Shown one piece after another: positions 1-14,119 of a stretch of DNA of 64,000 nt; within the stretch, counting starts at the first letter, position 1; every line of letters starts with the position of its first letter. The position numbers and the translations under genes were made by a program. The stretch comes from Mobula hypostoma (lineage: Eukaryota), in assembly GCF_963921235.1 (NCBI RefSeq), contig NC_086097.1, positions 131,938,001 through 132,002,000 on the forward strand, given 5' to 3'. Below the pieces are notes generated by a model, which saw only the letters and a program-made list of their open reading frames with translations, made no database searches and was not told the origin of the DNA.

Positions 1-958
1 GCCAAGGTGCAGCGGCACACCAAGGCTCCGCTGCAGCAGTTCGAACCCACCCGCCGGAGGTTCGACCACATCCATGTGGATATCGTGGGGCCTCTGCCAG
101 TGTCACGAGGAGCGCGGTACCTCCTAACTATGATAGACCGGTTCACCAGATAGCCAGAGGCGGTCCCGCTCACCGACACCACCTCCGAATCCTGCGCCCG
201 AACACTAATCGCAACCTGGGTAGCCGCTTCCGGGTACCGGCCCACATTACCTCCGACAGGGGTGCCCGGTTCACCTCCAGCCTGTGGTCGGCTATGGCCA
301 GCCATTTAGGATCGCAGCTACACCACACAACTGCCTACCATCCACAGTCGAACGGACTAGTGGAGCGTTTCCACTGTCACCTGAAGTCGGCTCTCATGGC
401 CCGCCTGGAAGGGCCTAACTGGGTGGACGAACTTCCCTGGGTCCTGCTCGGAATCCGCACGGCGCCCAAGGAGGATCTACACACCTCGTTGGCCGAGTTG
501 GTGTACGGCGCATGCCTGGTCGTCCCAGGAGAGTTCATACCAGCCCCAAGGGGGCAAGAGGAAGAACCCACAGCAGTCCTGGACAGCCTACGTGACAGGC
601 TCAGTAACTTGGCCCCCATACCCACTTCACAGCACGGACAGAGCCCAACCTGCGTACCCAAAGACCTGCAGAACCGTAAGTTTGTTTTCGTACGACGGGG
701 CAGACACTGGACACCACTACAGCGGCCCTACGAGGGGCTGTTTAAGGTGATCAGGAACAACGAGTCCATGTTCGTGCTGGACATTGGGGGAAGAGAGGAG
801 GTTTTCACGGTGAACCGACTCAAACCGGCCCATGTGGACTTGGCACAGCCGGTCCAGGCTCAGGCACCACGGCGCAGGGGCAGACCTCCCAAACAGAGGC
901 TGATCCAGACTGTGGACATTGGGGGAGATATCGCCGGTTCTGCGGGGGGGGGGGTTAA
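1..958 (+). pseudogene. Gypsy/Ty3 LTR retrotransposon pol 3' end (integrase), disrupted
   Basis: Frame 1 reads FDHIHVDIVGPLP..YLLTMIDRFTR*PEA with a TAG at 151-153 where W is expected. A frameshift near 225 leads to HITSDRG..HTTAYHPQSNGLVERFH..W..LP.VLLG.RT (rve core) and a GPY/F-like RPYEGLFKV. Poly-G polypurine tract at about 944-954. Confidence 0.93.
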
Positions 959-1244
959 TGTGGTGACCCACTTTCTAGCACACACGAACCGGCTTACGAA
1001 ACAGTGCGCACAGGCAGAGGGCTGGCCCCAAAAAGGGTGCCAGGCCATCTTCACCGCTGGGGGAAAATCCCGCGCGCGGAAAAGATCTGGGAATATGCAT
1101 TCCCCACAGCAGTCCCACCCAGGGAGGGCGGGAACGGGAAGGCTTTAAAGCAGGCCATGAAGTTTGAATAAATCTCTTTCATCGCAACTCCAACTCACCA
1201 ACTACGTGTGGTTATTTTAGCGCTGTGTGTAGCACACCGCTACA
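959..1244 (+). mobile_element. 3' LTR of the Gypsy element
   Basis: Starts TGTGG just after the polypurine tract and ends GCTACA. TTTAAA at 1144-1149 and AATAAA at 1167-1172. Confidence 0.8.
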
Positions 1245-1399
1245 CATCACGATATTTGTGCATATGACAATGCACTCATCTGAGCTCAGGATTTTTATTC
1301 CAGAACTATTTATTGAAATTAAAGTACATGCATATACATGAAGCATCTCTGGTTCAGTAACCTAATCATTCGATTCTTCATTTGAATCAACTTTTGGCT

Positions 1400-2548
1400 C
1401 TCATTGAGTTTCTCACCACCAGCAACTTCTTCCAATACACTGGAAACAAAGAGGCTACAGAGGGTATTGAACTCAGCCAGTTCCATTGTGCGTTTTGCCC
1501 TCCCACCAGCAAGAAATTCCACAAGAGGCAATGCCTCAGGTGGGCGACGTTCTTCATCAGAGACCCACACCATCTGGCTCATGACCTCTTCTCAATGCCA
1601 CCACAAGCAAGAGGTACAGGAACCTGAAGGCCAACTCCTCAAGGGTCAACAACAGCTCCTTCCCCATTGATATCAGGCTCTGGGATGAACCTGTAAAACA
1701 ATAACACCATCTTGGATTACATTTCTTTTTTTCACTCTCAACTTGCACTGGTATTGTTATGCTGTGTGTGTGGCCTCTCCGGTGAAATGATATCGTATTT
1801 GTTAAATAGGGGCCATGCACAATTCTGATTTGATGGAGACAGACATGAGAAGCATGGAGGAACATCTGGAGAAACTTCTGAAATGCCTGGTTCACTGCCA
1901 CTGCTACCGTGCAGTCAAGAATCTCCGGAGGGAAGGCCCAAATCCTTGGCTTTTCCTGTTTCTGGCGGCCGGGGCTGGGGTCAAAACGCTCAGCAAAGAT
2001 GGTGCTCGGTGTTCGGTGTCAGAGGGCTGGGCGGATTCTTGAAGTTTTCGGACGACACAGAGTCGGACTGTGGTCAGGTGCTTCCAGGATGCTGCATCGG
2101 CAAGTTTGCGGAGCTGGAAGCTCATGGCAGGGAGCTTTTCCTTCCTTCTCCTGTCTGTGTGAGATGTGGGACTTTCGAGAGACTTTGAACTTTTTTTACC
2201 GTGTCCATGGCCTGTTCTTCATCAAGTTATGGTATTGCTTGCGCTGTTGTAACTATATGTTATAATTATGTGGTTTTTATCAGTTTTTCAGTCTTGGTCG
2301 GTCTTGTGTTTCTGTGATATCACACCGGAGGAACATTGTATCATTTCTTAATGTATGCATTACTAAATGACAATAAAAGAGGACTGCGTGTCCTCATAAT
2401 CTAATCTAATGCTTACTTTGTTTTATATAATTTATGTTAATCTAATCTTAATTTATTTGCCCTCATCTTGCGATGAACCGTGGTGCTGCCACAAGAAGTT
2501 AACTTCCCTGTAATTTATACCTTATGACAATAAATTTAAACTTAAATA
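1400..2548 (+). mobile_element. Degenerate Rex1/Babar-type LINE 3' end, interrupted by a family A element
   Basis: Remnant KRLQRVLNSA..IRDPHH..HDLF..RY C-terminal motifs. The 3' UTR resumes after 2410 and ends GACAATAAA. Confidence 0.65.
1764..2408 (+). mobile_element. Non-autonomous retro-element family A, copy 1 (5'-truncated)
   Basis: Collinear with 25231-25855 (-) and 58313-59004 (+). Ends AATAAA, GAGGAC-loop-GTCCTC, (TAATC)n. Possible ATGCT TSD. Confidence 0.85.
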
Positions 2549-2724
2549 AAAAACTTTAACGACAGTCTACTTCGTGCTCAGATTGGGTTATTTTTCAGGT
2601 GTTCCAGCATTCCTCGCTTTCTCAGTGCTCTGAGCCCTAGATCAACTTCGCTGGCATCCTTGCTGACAGAAAAGAGGAAGAATTCTCAGTGAAATGGGGA
2701 TTTCAAAATCTAGCAGTTCAGGAG

Positions 2725-3140
2725 ATGGAACTGGAATAGCTTTATTATTGCCACATGTACCAAGGCACAGTGAAGACCTTTGTTCTGCGTGCAATCCATA
2801 CAGATCATTTGATCACATCAGTACATCAAGATAGTACAAGGGAAAAACAACAACAGAATGAAGAATGTGGTTACGGTTACAGAGAAATTGCATTGCAAAG
2901 CAGATGCAAAGATGCGACGGCCAAGATGAGGTAGATTGTGAAATCAGGAGTCATCATATGGCCATTCAATAGTCTTATAATAATAGAATAGGACAGCTTC
3001 TTATAAGACCATTGAATGACTATATGACGAGCTTGATGGTGCATGCTTTCAGGCTTTTGTATTGTCTCCACAATAGGTGGGGGAGGTGGGGTGGAGAAGA
3101 GCAAATGTACTGGGTGGAAAGGTACTGATTATGTTGGCTT
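2725..3140 (-). mobile_element. Rex1-type LINE 3' UTR fragment
   Basis: TTTATTATTG.CACATGTACC..CAGTGAA tail block shared with the copies near 49900, 53815 and 59020. Confidence 0.55.
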
Positions 3141-3142
3141 TG

Positions 3143-3510
3143 TAAGACCATAAGACCTTAAGACATAGGAGCAGAACTAGGCCATTCAGCCTATCCACTC
3201 TTGTCTGCCATTCCATCGTGCTGATCCCACTCAACCCCATACACCTGCCTTCTCGCCATATGCTTTGATGCGCTGACTGATCAGGAAACTATCAACTTCC
3301 ACCTTAAATATACCCACAGACTTGGCCTCCACCAAGTCTGTGGCAGAGTATTCTATGGGTTCATGACTCCCTAGCTAAAAGAGAAGTCCTTCTTACCTCT
3401 GTTCTAAAAGGTCACCACTCAATTTTGAGACTGTGTTCTCTAGTTCTGGATACTCCCACCATAGGCAACCTCCTCTCCACATTCACCCTATCTAGTACTT
3501 TCAACATTAA
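3143..3510 (-). mobile_element. CR1 (HER1-like) LINE 3' end
   Basis: AAGACCATAAGAC..ATAGGAGCAGAA tail. Homologous to the reverse complement of 23900-24235. Confidence 0.75.
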
Positions 3511-3545
3511 GCCTTAATTCGTAGAGGTTTTAGAAAACAAAGGAT

Positions 3546-4368
3546 CAAAGGTTCGAAGGTCCAATTTAATGTCAGAGAAATGTATACACTATAAATCCTG
3601 AAATGCTTTTTCTTCACAAACATCCACAAAGAAAGAGGAGTGCCCCAAAGAATGAGCGACAGTTAAACGTAAGAACCCCAAAGGCCTCCCCAGCTCCCCT
3701 CCCTCCTGCGCGTAAGTGGCAGCGAGCAACAATCCCCCCTCCCTCCACCAGCAAGCAGTGGCACTGCCCCAGCACACTCAAGTGTGAGCAAAGCAATAGC
3801 AAAGACACAGATCTGCAGTTACCCCAAAGATTTCGCGTTTCACCCAGCATTTGACATACCGCAGGTTCTCTCTCTGCCTAATAAGGCAGGAAGAGATGTC
3901 TCCGTTTTCCCAGTGAGTGGGGAGACATAACAAACAACTCATTGGTTTACAATGTTAAAAGTCTTTTATGTCGCTTTTTTTCTAGCTCTGTGCCTGAAGA
4001 TTGCAAAGATCTCGGATCTTTGGGCCCACAGCAGTAGATTTTCTGACTCCCCCAGTGACACACAGGTCTCCTGCCGTGACACCGACCCTCAATCCGCCCG
4101 TCTCCAGAGCCCCGAGATCTTAGGCTTCTGAATTTGAGCTGGACTCTCAGGCCGAACCCTTGGCGTGCCGAACAACAGCCAGTCCTGAAACCCTGAAAAT
4201 GGATCCCATTCCTGCAAAGAAACAACGTCAGCGTGTAACTCCAGATCAGGGTCTTCAAAAGAACGCTGAAAGGGAAAAATAAAGATATTAAAGGTGGAGA
4301 TAGCTGTTTCTGAAGATGCAGGCAAAGGAGCTGCGGTTTAGCGCCATCTTAACTTCGCTCCGCCTCCC
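3546..4368 (-). mobile_element. Non-autonomous retro-element family B, copy 1
   Basis: Collinear reverse complement of 40346-41173. Head GGCGGAGC..AAGATGGCG (GCGCCATCTT at 4341-4350). Tail ATTAAATTGGACCTTCGAACCTTTGA. Confidence 0.85.
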
Positions 4369-6103
4369 CAAAAGTGTTAGAAGCACACAAAATCCAAGTG
4401 AAGTGCCGCCTGGAGGCCTGTGAGCACTTCTGGGCTGTACTCTTTCATCTTGGAAGGAGCATAATGATACCGTAATGATACTTGATTTCGTCAATTAAGT
4501 GGCAGAGGCTGAGTCGTCTTGGCGGGATGGATGTGGGGAAGAAGCTTCTTTCATGGAAGAAATCAAAATAAGAGCTTATTTATGATGGAGATGGAGCGAA
4601 TCAATTTGCTCAGAAGAATGTGAATCTTTGGAACTCTTTTACTTGATGAATAATGGAAGCCCATTTTTGAGCTGAAGACATGTTCTTGATAAGGAAAAGA
4701 TGAATAGTTATGGGTTGGGCAAGGTAGATGGGAGTGTGAAATTGAAGTTATAATTGCATAAGCCATGATCTTATTAAATGGTACAGCAGGCATAAGGAGT
4801 TGAATGCCCGACAAATTCATGTATTTGTATTTCATTTCATAGACCAACATTTAATTCTCTGGAATTTAGAAGATAAGATTGACATTGGAAAAGCCCGGAG
4901 CTTAACAATTGGCTTAACATTATAAAGGTGAAGTTAAGAAAGACTGTCTATGCAAACTATGGTGAAAATTTGGAACTTCTCTTTACAAAAGGAACTTGGT
5001 ACCGGCTAAGAGTTTGTTTTAAACTGAATTAGTGAACTTTAGCTAACTAAAGTTACGGGAGATGTCAATGGATCAGACATGATGTCATCAAATTGCAGAA
5101 CAGATTCCTGTGTTCCAAACTATAATTCAATGTCAGTAAATGCAAACAGCAACTAGAAGAGTTAAAGAAGCCGAAGATTTTTATGAACCATCAATTGGCT
5201 CAAGACTTTACATCTCCCATATACTTGATTCTTGTTTAACCTGGGATTTGCTTGATTTCATCCTCAAGGCTGGAGCAAGGATTAGAGGAGTGCCAACTGC
5301 TGCCAATCTTACCCAACAGTTATGGGTAGTTGGTTCCATCATGATCCAGAAAATGACTTTCAGAGACTCTGCAGCTTATGTTCCATGAGTTTTTGATCAC
5401 TTTTTTTTTACTATATGCCCAATTAAATCAAGGCACTACAGCACTGAACTGGCTCTGCATCTACAGCCTGCAACAATTGGCAAAGCATTGAACTGATTCT
5501 GTGGCTGTGGTCTGCATCCATCAAGCTCCTGGACTGGCTTCACACACCTCAAAGGTTCCATGTCTGTGGATTCATTTTGCAGTTAATGTTCTGTATCTTA
5601 TTTGTTTACTTTTTATTGTTTACACAATTTTTTTTTCACTCATTGGGTGCTTGATGGTCTTTGTTGTGTGGGTTTTTTCTTTAAATTGTTTGATGTGTTT
5701 CTTTGTATTGTTACTGCCTTCAAGAAGATGAATCTCAAGTTTGTATACTGTATACACACTTTGATGATAAATGTACTTTGAACTTTGAATATACTTTGAG
5801 ATACTATTTTGACAGAACAACTATTATCTTATTATGGTTATTATCTTACTTGAAGCAGTTTTATTCGCAAAATTTTGAGCTTGACAGAAAGCTTGGAATA
5901 GGAATTGGCTAGTGTGACATGAGGTAAGTTACCTCTCGGTAACATCTCTTGGAATACAATTAGTGGTCCAGACTATGGAAAGTAGTTACCATATCACATT
6001 CAATATATATATATATCTAGGGACCGTCAAGTTTGTTTCACTATGAGTTTCTTTTCCCACATCTGATCAACTTGGCTGGAGGAATTTATTTCTTTCTTAT
6101 TCT

Positions 6104-6735
6104 ATAGAATGTAGAAAATTGAACAGTACAGCACAGGACCAGGTCCTCTCAACCACAGTGTCCACAATAAACATGATGCCAAAATGAATTAAATCTATTC
6201 AGCCAGCAAATGGTCCACATTTCTCTATTATGTGCACATTCATGTGCCTTTCTAGAAGTGTCTTAAGTACCTCTGTTATATCTACCTACACCACCACTCC
6301 TGCCAGTGCATTCCAGGCACCCACCATTCTCTGTTTGAAAAAGTTGCTCTGTGTATCTCATTTGAACTCCACACTTCTCACCTTAGCTGATGTCCCCTAG
6401 CATTAGACATTTCAACGCTGGGGAAAAAAGATGCCATCTGTCTGTCTACACCTCTCATAATTTTATAACCTTCTATCAGGTCTCCCTCTCAGCCGCCAAT
6501 GAGTGCAAGAAAGCAACCCGAGTTTGTTCACCCTCTCCTTATGGCTCATATAGTCTAACCCAGGCAGCATACCAATAAAGCTGTTCTGTACCTTTTCCAA
6601 TACTTCTACATCCTTACTGTGCCCAAAATTGCATACTATGCTTCAAGTGTGGCCAAACCAAAGTTTTTCATGGTTGCAACTCTTGACTTTTATGCCATGT
6701 AACTTCTTTACCACGTGATCTACTTACATGGACAG
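6104..6735 (-). mobile_element. Old CR1 LINE 3' fragment
   Basis: ACAGTACAGCACAGGA..GGTCC tail and typical CR1 3' sequence, heavily diverged. Confidence 0.6.
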
Positions 6736-7879
6736 TTTCGGATTAAACTCATCTCCCTCTTCCACCTTATAGAAAGCCAAAGTCTGCTGATAAAACCTGG
6801 TTTAATAACGTCACTCATCAGCTTTTGTGAATTTAATTATTGATGGGAAGGATATTTGGGATAGGTTGCTTTAGGAGTGTGTGGTTCCATAGTACAGAGC
6901 AGAATTATTCCAGCAGTAGATTTTGGAAGGATCAGTGGGAAGTTTTGTGGAGATCTGGAAAGCAAGGTCAGAAAGACTGAAAGGAGCAAATTCAACATTA
7001 AATTCCAAACAGTAGCTGATTTGTAATTGAAATGGGAACATAACAAAATGCAGTGAAACAACTGGCAAAGGGCTTGCAGAAGTACGCTGGCATGAATGGC
7101 CTCCTGTGCAGCAAAATAGTGTTCATCAGCATTCCTGGGCTGTTGTAATCGATCAAGAGAAGAAGTAACAAAGATTGCTGAAAACAAGCCTTTCAGGGCT
7201 TGACTAGCTGGAGAATTCAATTATTGTGAATGCTTCACTGTCCTATATGGGGATGGTGCCAAGACACAAGCCAGATGATCTCCAAAAGCACAACATTGCC
7301 ATCCAAGCCAGCCAAGGCAGATGGCAGACTCTCAACATTGCTCGCACAATGCCAGAGTTTCTAGGATGGGTGATAAATCAAGGCACTAACAGGTCCAGAT
7401 CATTATGAAAGCTAGTAACAGATATACACACATCCACCAGGCGATATTTTGCATAATTTTATTCAATTTTGAAGAACACATTTGCAGAAAGAACTTGGCT
7501 CGCTATTCAATCTATGGAACAAACTCCTCAGTGAGCTGTTGGAAGCAGTTAGCAAGGATTCAGTTGAAGGCAAATTACATGAAATTCTTCCAGAAAATAA
7601 CAATTTGGAATACATCGTATGAATAATTGGGTAGATAACACGTGGTAAGTAGAGAATGCCCTGTCTGGAGAATAGTTATCCAGGCTTTCAAAAGCTCTTC
7701 ATCAAGGGATCTTTTCTAGGCTTATATCTACAGAAAAATTAATGGAGAGCAACTGCTGTGATTAATCTTTTCTGTTCTGTCAATCCCCTTCCTACTCTTG
7801 AAACTACTGGCTTCGAACTTAAGAACATATGAAATAAGAGCAGGTGTAAGGCATTGGCCTTTCATTAGAATCCTTAGGA

Positions 7880-8512
7880 GTGGCATCACAGATGGACAGG
7901 GTGTGAAGAAGGGTTTTGACATGCTAGCCTTCATCCATCGGGGCATTGAGTATAAAAGTTGGGGTGTTGTTTTTTTCAGTTGTACAAGACATGAAGCTGT
8001 TTTTGGAGTATTGTTTACAGTTTAGATCACACTGCTAGGTTCCACTAGGCTGGAATGAACACAGAGTAAATTTACTATGCTGTTGCTAGGACTTGAGGGA
8101 CTGACATGTTAGGCAAGCTAGAACTTTGCTGGAGACCGAGGGGTAATTTTATAGAGAGGTATATCATCATGAGGGTAATACAAGGGAGTAAATGCACACA
8201 AACATTTTCTCAGAATTCAGAAAAGAAGAACTAGAGGGCACACACTTAAGGAGAGAGGGGGAAAGATAATGAAAACCTCAGGGTAATATTTTTCACACAG
8301 AGAGTGGTGCACATACTTAACAAGCTACCAGAGTAAGTGGTTGAGGCAGGTACATAACATTTAAAAAACAGTTGCAGTGGTACTTGAATATAAAAGACTT
8401 AGAGGGACGTAGGCCAAATGCAGGATAATGGGACTAGTGTCGATGAGAATTTTGGTCAGAGTGGGTGAATTAAACTGAAGGGCCTGTTTGCATGTTGTAT
8501 GAATCTATGACT
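7880..8512 (+). mobile_element. Old CR1 LINE 3' fragment
   Basis: VKKGFDMLAFIHRGIEYKS matches CR1 VKKANGMLAFIARGFEYRS seen at about 23570. CTATGA tail. Confidence 0.7.
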
Positions 8513-9109
8513 GTAAGATTCTGGTTGATGCTTTACCTCTGCATCTGTTCCTGCTCTCTCGTCACAATCCTCAGTGTCCTTGATATTCAGAAATCCATCC
8601 ACTCTCTTTTGAGTCAACCCAATGACTAATTCCTCACAGTCCACTGAGCTAGCAAATGTGAAAGATTCACCAACCTCTGTTTCAGGCAACTTTTACTCAT
8701 CTCAGTATGAAAGTACCTAATCCTTATTTTGAGAACATGACTACTAGCTCTAGGTCCCTCAAACAAAAATACCATCCTCCCTGCGTTTTGTAAGTGTAGG
8801 AATTTTGTAAATTTATCCTCTCATTATTTTAAACTTGTGAATCTTCCTAATACCTTTCCTATCCTGTCCCAAATATTCTAACTTTTGTACCTCTAAAATG
8901 TTGCCATTCTGATTCTCTCACCTTCTTTTCAAACTTGCTTTAGGTATTTAGCTTCAAGTTTTCTTTGAATGTTGCATATAGAAATGTATTAGAATAATTG
9001 TTTTCAAGTGATGAAAATATCACGGCAGAATTTATTGTTCATCTGTTATTGGTTGATAAAGTGCTGAGGTAACCAAGAGTCAAGCACCCTATGGATCAGG
9101 AGTTGGACT

Positions 9110-9420
9110 GGATGACACGATGCTGCAAGTGGCCTGGGTTTATTCTTGACCTCTGATGTTGTTTCAGTGGAGTCTACATATTCTCCCTAAGTTTGCATAG
9201 GTTTCCTTTAGGTGTTCAGCTTTCTTCCAACATCACAAAGATGCATGGGTTGGCAGGTAAACTGTCCTTTGTGTGCAGGTGAATAGAGGGATTCATGAGA
9301 TTCTGGGGAGAATGCAATGGGATTTGTGCAGGATTAGTGTAAATAGCTGCTTTGGTGTCAGTACAGACTTGTTTGCCTGAAGGCCTGTCTATGGCTGCAT
9401 GACTCAATCTATGGCTCCAT
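9110..9420 (+). mobile_element. Degenerate V-SINE (HE1-like) with CR1-type tail
   Basis: GTGGAGTCTACATATTCTCCC..GGTTTCC..CATCACAAAGATG V-domain, followed by GAAGGGCCTGT..CTATG tail. Confidence 0.6.
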
Positions 9421-12400
9421 GACAATTTATATTTATATAACATCCTTTACATAGTAAAGTTTGCCAACACATTTCAAAAGAGTGATATCAAACAGCATCT
9501 GGCATTGAGCCCTGAGATAAGTTAGGCAGGTGACCAAAGACTTGGCCTAATTGATAGTTTTCTAAAACATTAAAGGAAAAAGAGTGGTGGAGAAATGGAG
9601 AAATCTAGAAAGAGAATTCGGTGTTTGACCAGTGAAGTCATAGCTACCTATGGTGAAGCAAATAAAATTGGGAGAAAATGAGAAGTGACATTAGAGGATT
9701 CTGGAGCTTAAGTAGGCGGTGGAGATTTGATGAGATGGTGGTGTGGAGGAATTTGAGTTGCAGCCACTATTGTTCCCACACTGTGAAGGAAGCTGAGACA
9801 CATGATTTATCCTATTTGCCAGGACATGACTATTACATTCATATGCTAGATGGTTTGTCTTCTGTTAATCACAACCAAATTAATAATTGCCTTATGCAGA
9901 TGTTGTTCTTGCATCACTTTCTATTAGAAGCATGCACAATGTAGTCTGTTATAAAGAGGCTTGTTTCACTTATTGACTTGATGTAATTTAAAACCTTATG
10001 TAATCAAATTCATCTACATTTTGTTCAACATTTTGGTTTTAATCTGAGTGAGTATTCATGAGCACGTCTTGCTCAGTTAGTCCTTTCTTCCCCCTAAACT
10101 AATGAAGGTATCTCTTTGAAATGTGATTCATTGCGGGGATAGAGATTCACCTGCACCCAAGAATCAACAGCTAAGAAAATGAACATTACCAAATACAATG
10201 CTAGAACTTTCAACACTAAACTGAGCTCATCCTTAATATTCACTTGTGAGACGGTGGGGTATTTTGTATAAAGTTTAGCAGTTATTTTTAACAATCACAC
10301 TCCTACCAATGCCATGCTAAGACAGGGTTTGCAAAGATTAGTCTGAACTAATGGTTCGAATGCTAAAGGTGGGGTCAGTTCCCAGACTGACACTTTGACC
10401 ATGAAGTGAACAGGCAATACACTACCATCAATCTAAATTGAGACACTTTGTTCAAACTGGTAGAGGTGAATATAATTATGAAATTTAAAAGACATCTGGA
10501 CAGGTACGTGGATAGGGAAAGTTTAGAAGAATATGGGCCAAAAGGGACGAGCTCAGTGGCAACTTGATCAGCACAGGTGGCCTAGTCGAAAGGATCTGAT
10601 TTACTATGCTGTAGCTCTGTGACTCTATATTTATTTGCTGCATTTTCTTATTAATTTATAGTGTGTGGCAACCATTGGTGATGCCAGCATTCCTTATCCA
10701 TCCCTTTACAGCCTTGAGAGGGTGGTGATACTTTCTTGACCACCTTGGAGGCCAAAGAAAACTGACCCTAATGCGAAGGTTGCTGAACAATGTCTTGGTG
10801 ATTCTGGGTCAGTTTATCCTCCATTGGTGAACCTACAGGTTTATTTCAAACTCCAATCCAGTATTTCATGTTCATCATTACTGATATTAGAGCACAAGTA
10901 TATAGCAGAAGTAGCCCACTCAGTGCCTAAAGATTGCCCCACCATTCCATAAGATCTACCTCAGACCTCATCTCATTTTTTATGCAATTCTCCATAGCCT
11001 TCAATTCCAAGATGTCTCATAAAAGAACTACCTGCCTCCACTCTAAGTGCTTCTAATGAGCTATCCTCTATATCTACCTGGAGCAGAGAATTCCACCCAC
11101 TCTCTGCAAAAAGGAATTTCTACATACCTGTTTTGAATGACCACCTTGCAATGTTAAAACTATGTTGAAAATTCAAATTTCGGTCTTTTGAAACCAAATT
11201 AAAGCAATTAATTGAAATTTAATTTTTCTTGCCGCCATGATGCATTAAGTGAAACATCTGGTTAATCAGCCCAGCAGCTCACCACAATGCAACCAGTTTC
11301 CTGCTTGGTAGGCTGTGATGTGAATGGAGAGCACTTTACAACCCGCATGTTGTTCTGACTGCAAATCCCTGTGTCTGTTACTCACTCACTGCTATTCAGA
11401 CATGCAAATGATCATGAAATAAACTTTGTTTCTTGGAGGTTTGTAGTTTTGAAGTTGAACATTCAGATTGCTTACTATATAAAAAAAAGTTCAATTAATG
11501 TTTGTGCAATAAACTTAGAGATTTCACTTTTTTAAAGACCCTCTCTGTTTAATTGATGCTGCAGTTTTAATGAGATTTCCACAGACATTATTTTACCCTG
11601 GGTGAGCTGGGTGACAACTAAGCAGTAATAACAGATTCAATAATAATTAACTCGGGTCATCTGCTCATCTGTCATGGCTCATCAATTTTAGGGTAGAAGG
11701 TCCCAACAAACTTCACAGTTTCTCTCTCAATCCAAAAACTCAGCAGTGAAGCAGTTTTCATGCAACCTTGGGCTAGGTAGGCTGGGTCTGTCATGTCACC
11801 CATTGCAGGGAGCCATACTGAATTTGGGGGGAATAATCTTGTGTAAGAAAGGCATGCAAAAGCTCATTGCCAAGCTATATTGATCTCTTTGTCCATCTTT
11901 AGAACATAGACAACTGTAGAGCTATTAATCTCTTGAGCCTATTCCGCCATTCTACAATGTGAGCCTATGATTCTTAAAGAGTTGTGATTGGGTTGTCCAC
12001 TTCCCTCTGGGTGGATGATAACACAAACTAAAATGGCTGTTTTTATTGATGGTTGTGCACATTGATTGGAGCTATTATGATAGAAAATCTGGCTTACTGC
12101 TGACTTAATGTATACATCTTTTCCTCAGGTCTTTTAAAACCATGGGGTATCAAAATTCTATCAATCCCAAATTAAAATTAATGTTTGACTTTGCATTATG
12201 ACCAAATATTCCTAGAAGACTGGACTCTATTTTACTTGATGTTTTCCAATTCTAGACTTTCCAAGCAATGGAAGTAGTTTCTATCCCTCCAGTTTGGCCT
12301 TTCCAGTTCTTACTATCATGAAACTGAATAACTTGCCTCTCAACCCATTAAATTCCAGGCAGCACAATGCCATTTTATGCAATCTCTTAAAATGTATTGC

Positions 12401-12464
12401 TTAAAGCCCACGTAGTATTCTGGTAAATCAGTGCTTTTCCTCCACCAAAGCCAATAATGACACA

Positions 12465-12735
12465 GCTTACATTGAGGTACTGAGGTGATGAGGTTTGAGA
12501 GCTTCAGGTTCCTTGGAGTGACCCTCACCAACAGCCTGCCCTTGTTCAACCATTGACAAGAAAGCACAGCAGTACTTCTTCCACAGGGGGCTAAGTAAAT
12601 TTTGTATGTCCCATTTGACTCTCACCTGCTTTTACAGATGCAGCATAGAAAGCATACTAATTGGTATGGCTACTGCTCTGCCTGGGACTGCAATAAACTA
12701 CAGAAAGTTGTGGACATAACTCAGCACATCGTCCA
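12465..12735 (+). mobile_element. Rex1-type LINE fragment
   Basis: FRFLGV..WYGYCSAWDCNKLQKVVDITQHI remnant. Confidence 0.55.
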
Positions 12736-12919
12736 GCTTACATTGGGTCTCATTGGTGTAGAGGAGGCCACATTGACATGTAATTCAGTTCAATCCCCCT
12801 ACTCTGTGATCCATTGTGGTCATCCTGAGCACTTTCCTGTCAAGATCAAGGACAACTAATTGTAAAGCAAAAGTCTGGCCGACAAAGCTACCACCTTTTA
12901 TAAGCAGAATATAATGCTA

Positions 12920-13320
12920 AAGAGTTATGCTGCAAAGAAATAGGTCCTTTGACACCACTCGTCCATACCAAAGAAATTGACTGCTCGAGTTAGTCCCATT
13001 TGCCTGCTTGTTTGCCCATATCCCTCTAAACCTTCCCATCCATGTAACTGCCCAAATGTCTTTTGTTTGTTGTAATTATACCTGCGTCTATAAATTCAGT
13101 TTGCAACCTGTTCCATGTATTTACCATCCCCTGTATGAACAACTTGCTCCTCGCATCCTCCTCAAATCTTTCCCCTCTCACTTTAAATCTATGCTGTCTA
13201 GTTTTAGACTCTCCTTATTCTGGATAATAGACTATGACCAGTCATCTTATCTATGTCTCATGACTTCATATACCTCTGTAAGGTCATCCCCCCTCAGTCT
13301 CCTACATTCCAGGGAAAAAC
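12920..13320 (-). mobile_element. CR1 3' fragment
   Basis: GTCCCATTTGCCTGC..GCCCATATCCCTCTAAACC block typical of the other CR1 tails in the window. Confidence 0.65.
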
Positions 13321-14119
13321 AGTACACTTTAATTCCAGAGTTTGTAATATCATTCTATTAATTAAAATTTCATTGCTCTAAACAGACAGAAGAATTTTGG
13401 AAAGTGATTACCTCTTTTCCTGCTAAATTGGCAATGTGATAATGCATGGGCATGTGAAGTTATAGATTTCACAAGAACCCCTATTTCAGGGCTTTTGTAT
13501 TGACTGGATTACTCACGTTCATTTTTCAAGGAGAGGTTTGCACTGTTCTCACTTGTCTTAATACGAGATATATTTTAGGGTGAGAATGAAAATGATTGAA
13601 CAGGTTAAAACCGGTATACAGCTTTTGAGAGGAAACTTTTGAAAGAACAATGCCAGGAATCTCATTATTCTCGTCTGATGTTTCTTGAAATTCCTCTGAA
13701 TTATCTCCCTCAATTGTGAAATTAAAAGAAAAAGAATAAACTGAAGAAAAGAAGTAAATTGCATTTTTATGGTATCTTTCATGACCTTAGTATTTTACAG
13801 CCGATGAATCACTTCTGTAAAGTTGGCCCATGTCGAATTAATAGGAATCCATTATTAGCCTTGAATAATGATTTGATAAAGGCATTTTGCAAATTGCAAA
13901 GTAATACCCACTTGCGTCTTTCACAAGAGAGGTGGGAAGACAGTGTTATTATAGCAAGAGCTTATAACAGCTGCTGTTATAATGATACCATCTGTAGCTA
14001 GCCATTGAATTTGGTACGCTCTGCAAAATCAAAGATGCTTGCTATAAGGAAAGGTTTAATGCACACTTAAAGTGTGATGTTTTAGTCCTGAATAGGAAGT
14101 GTCAACTTCATGTTATATA

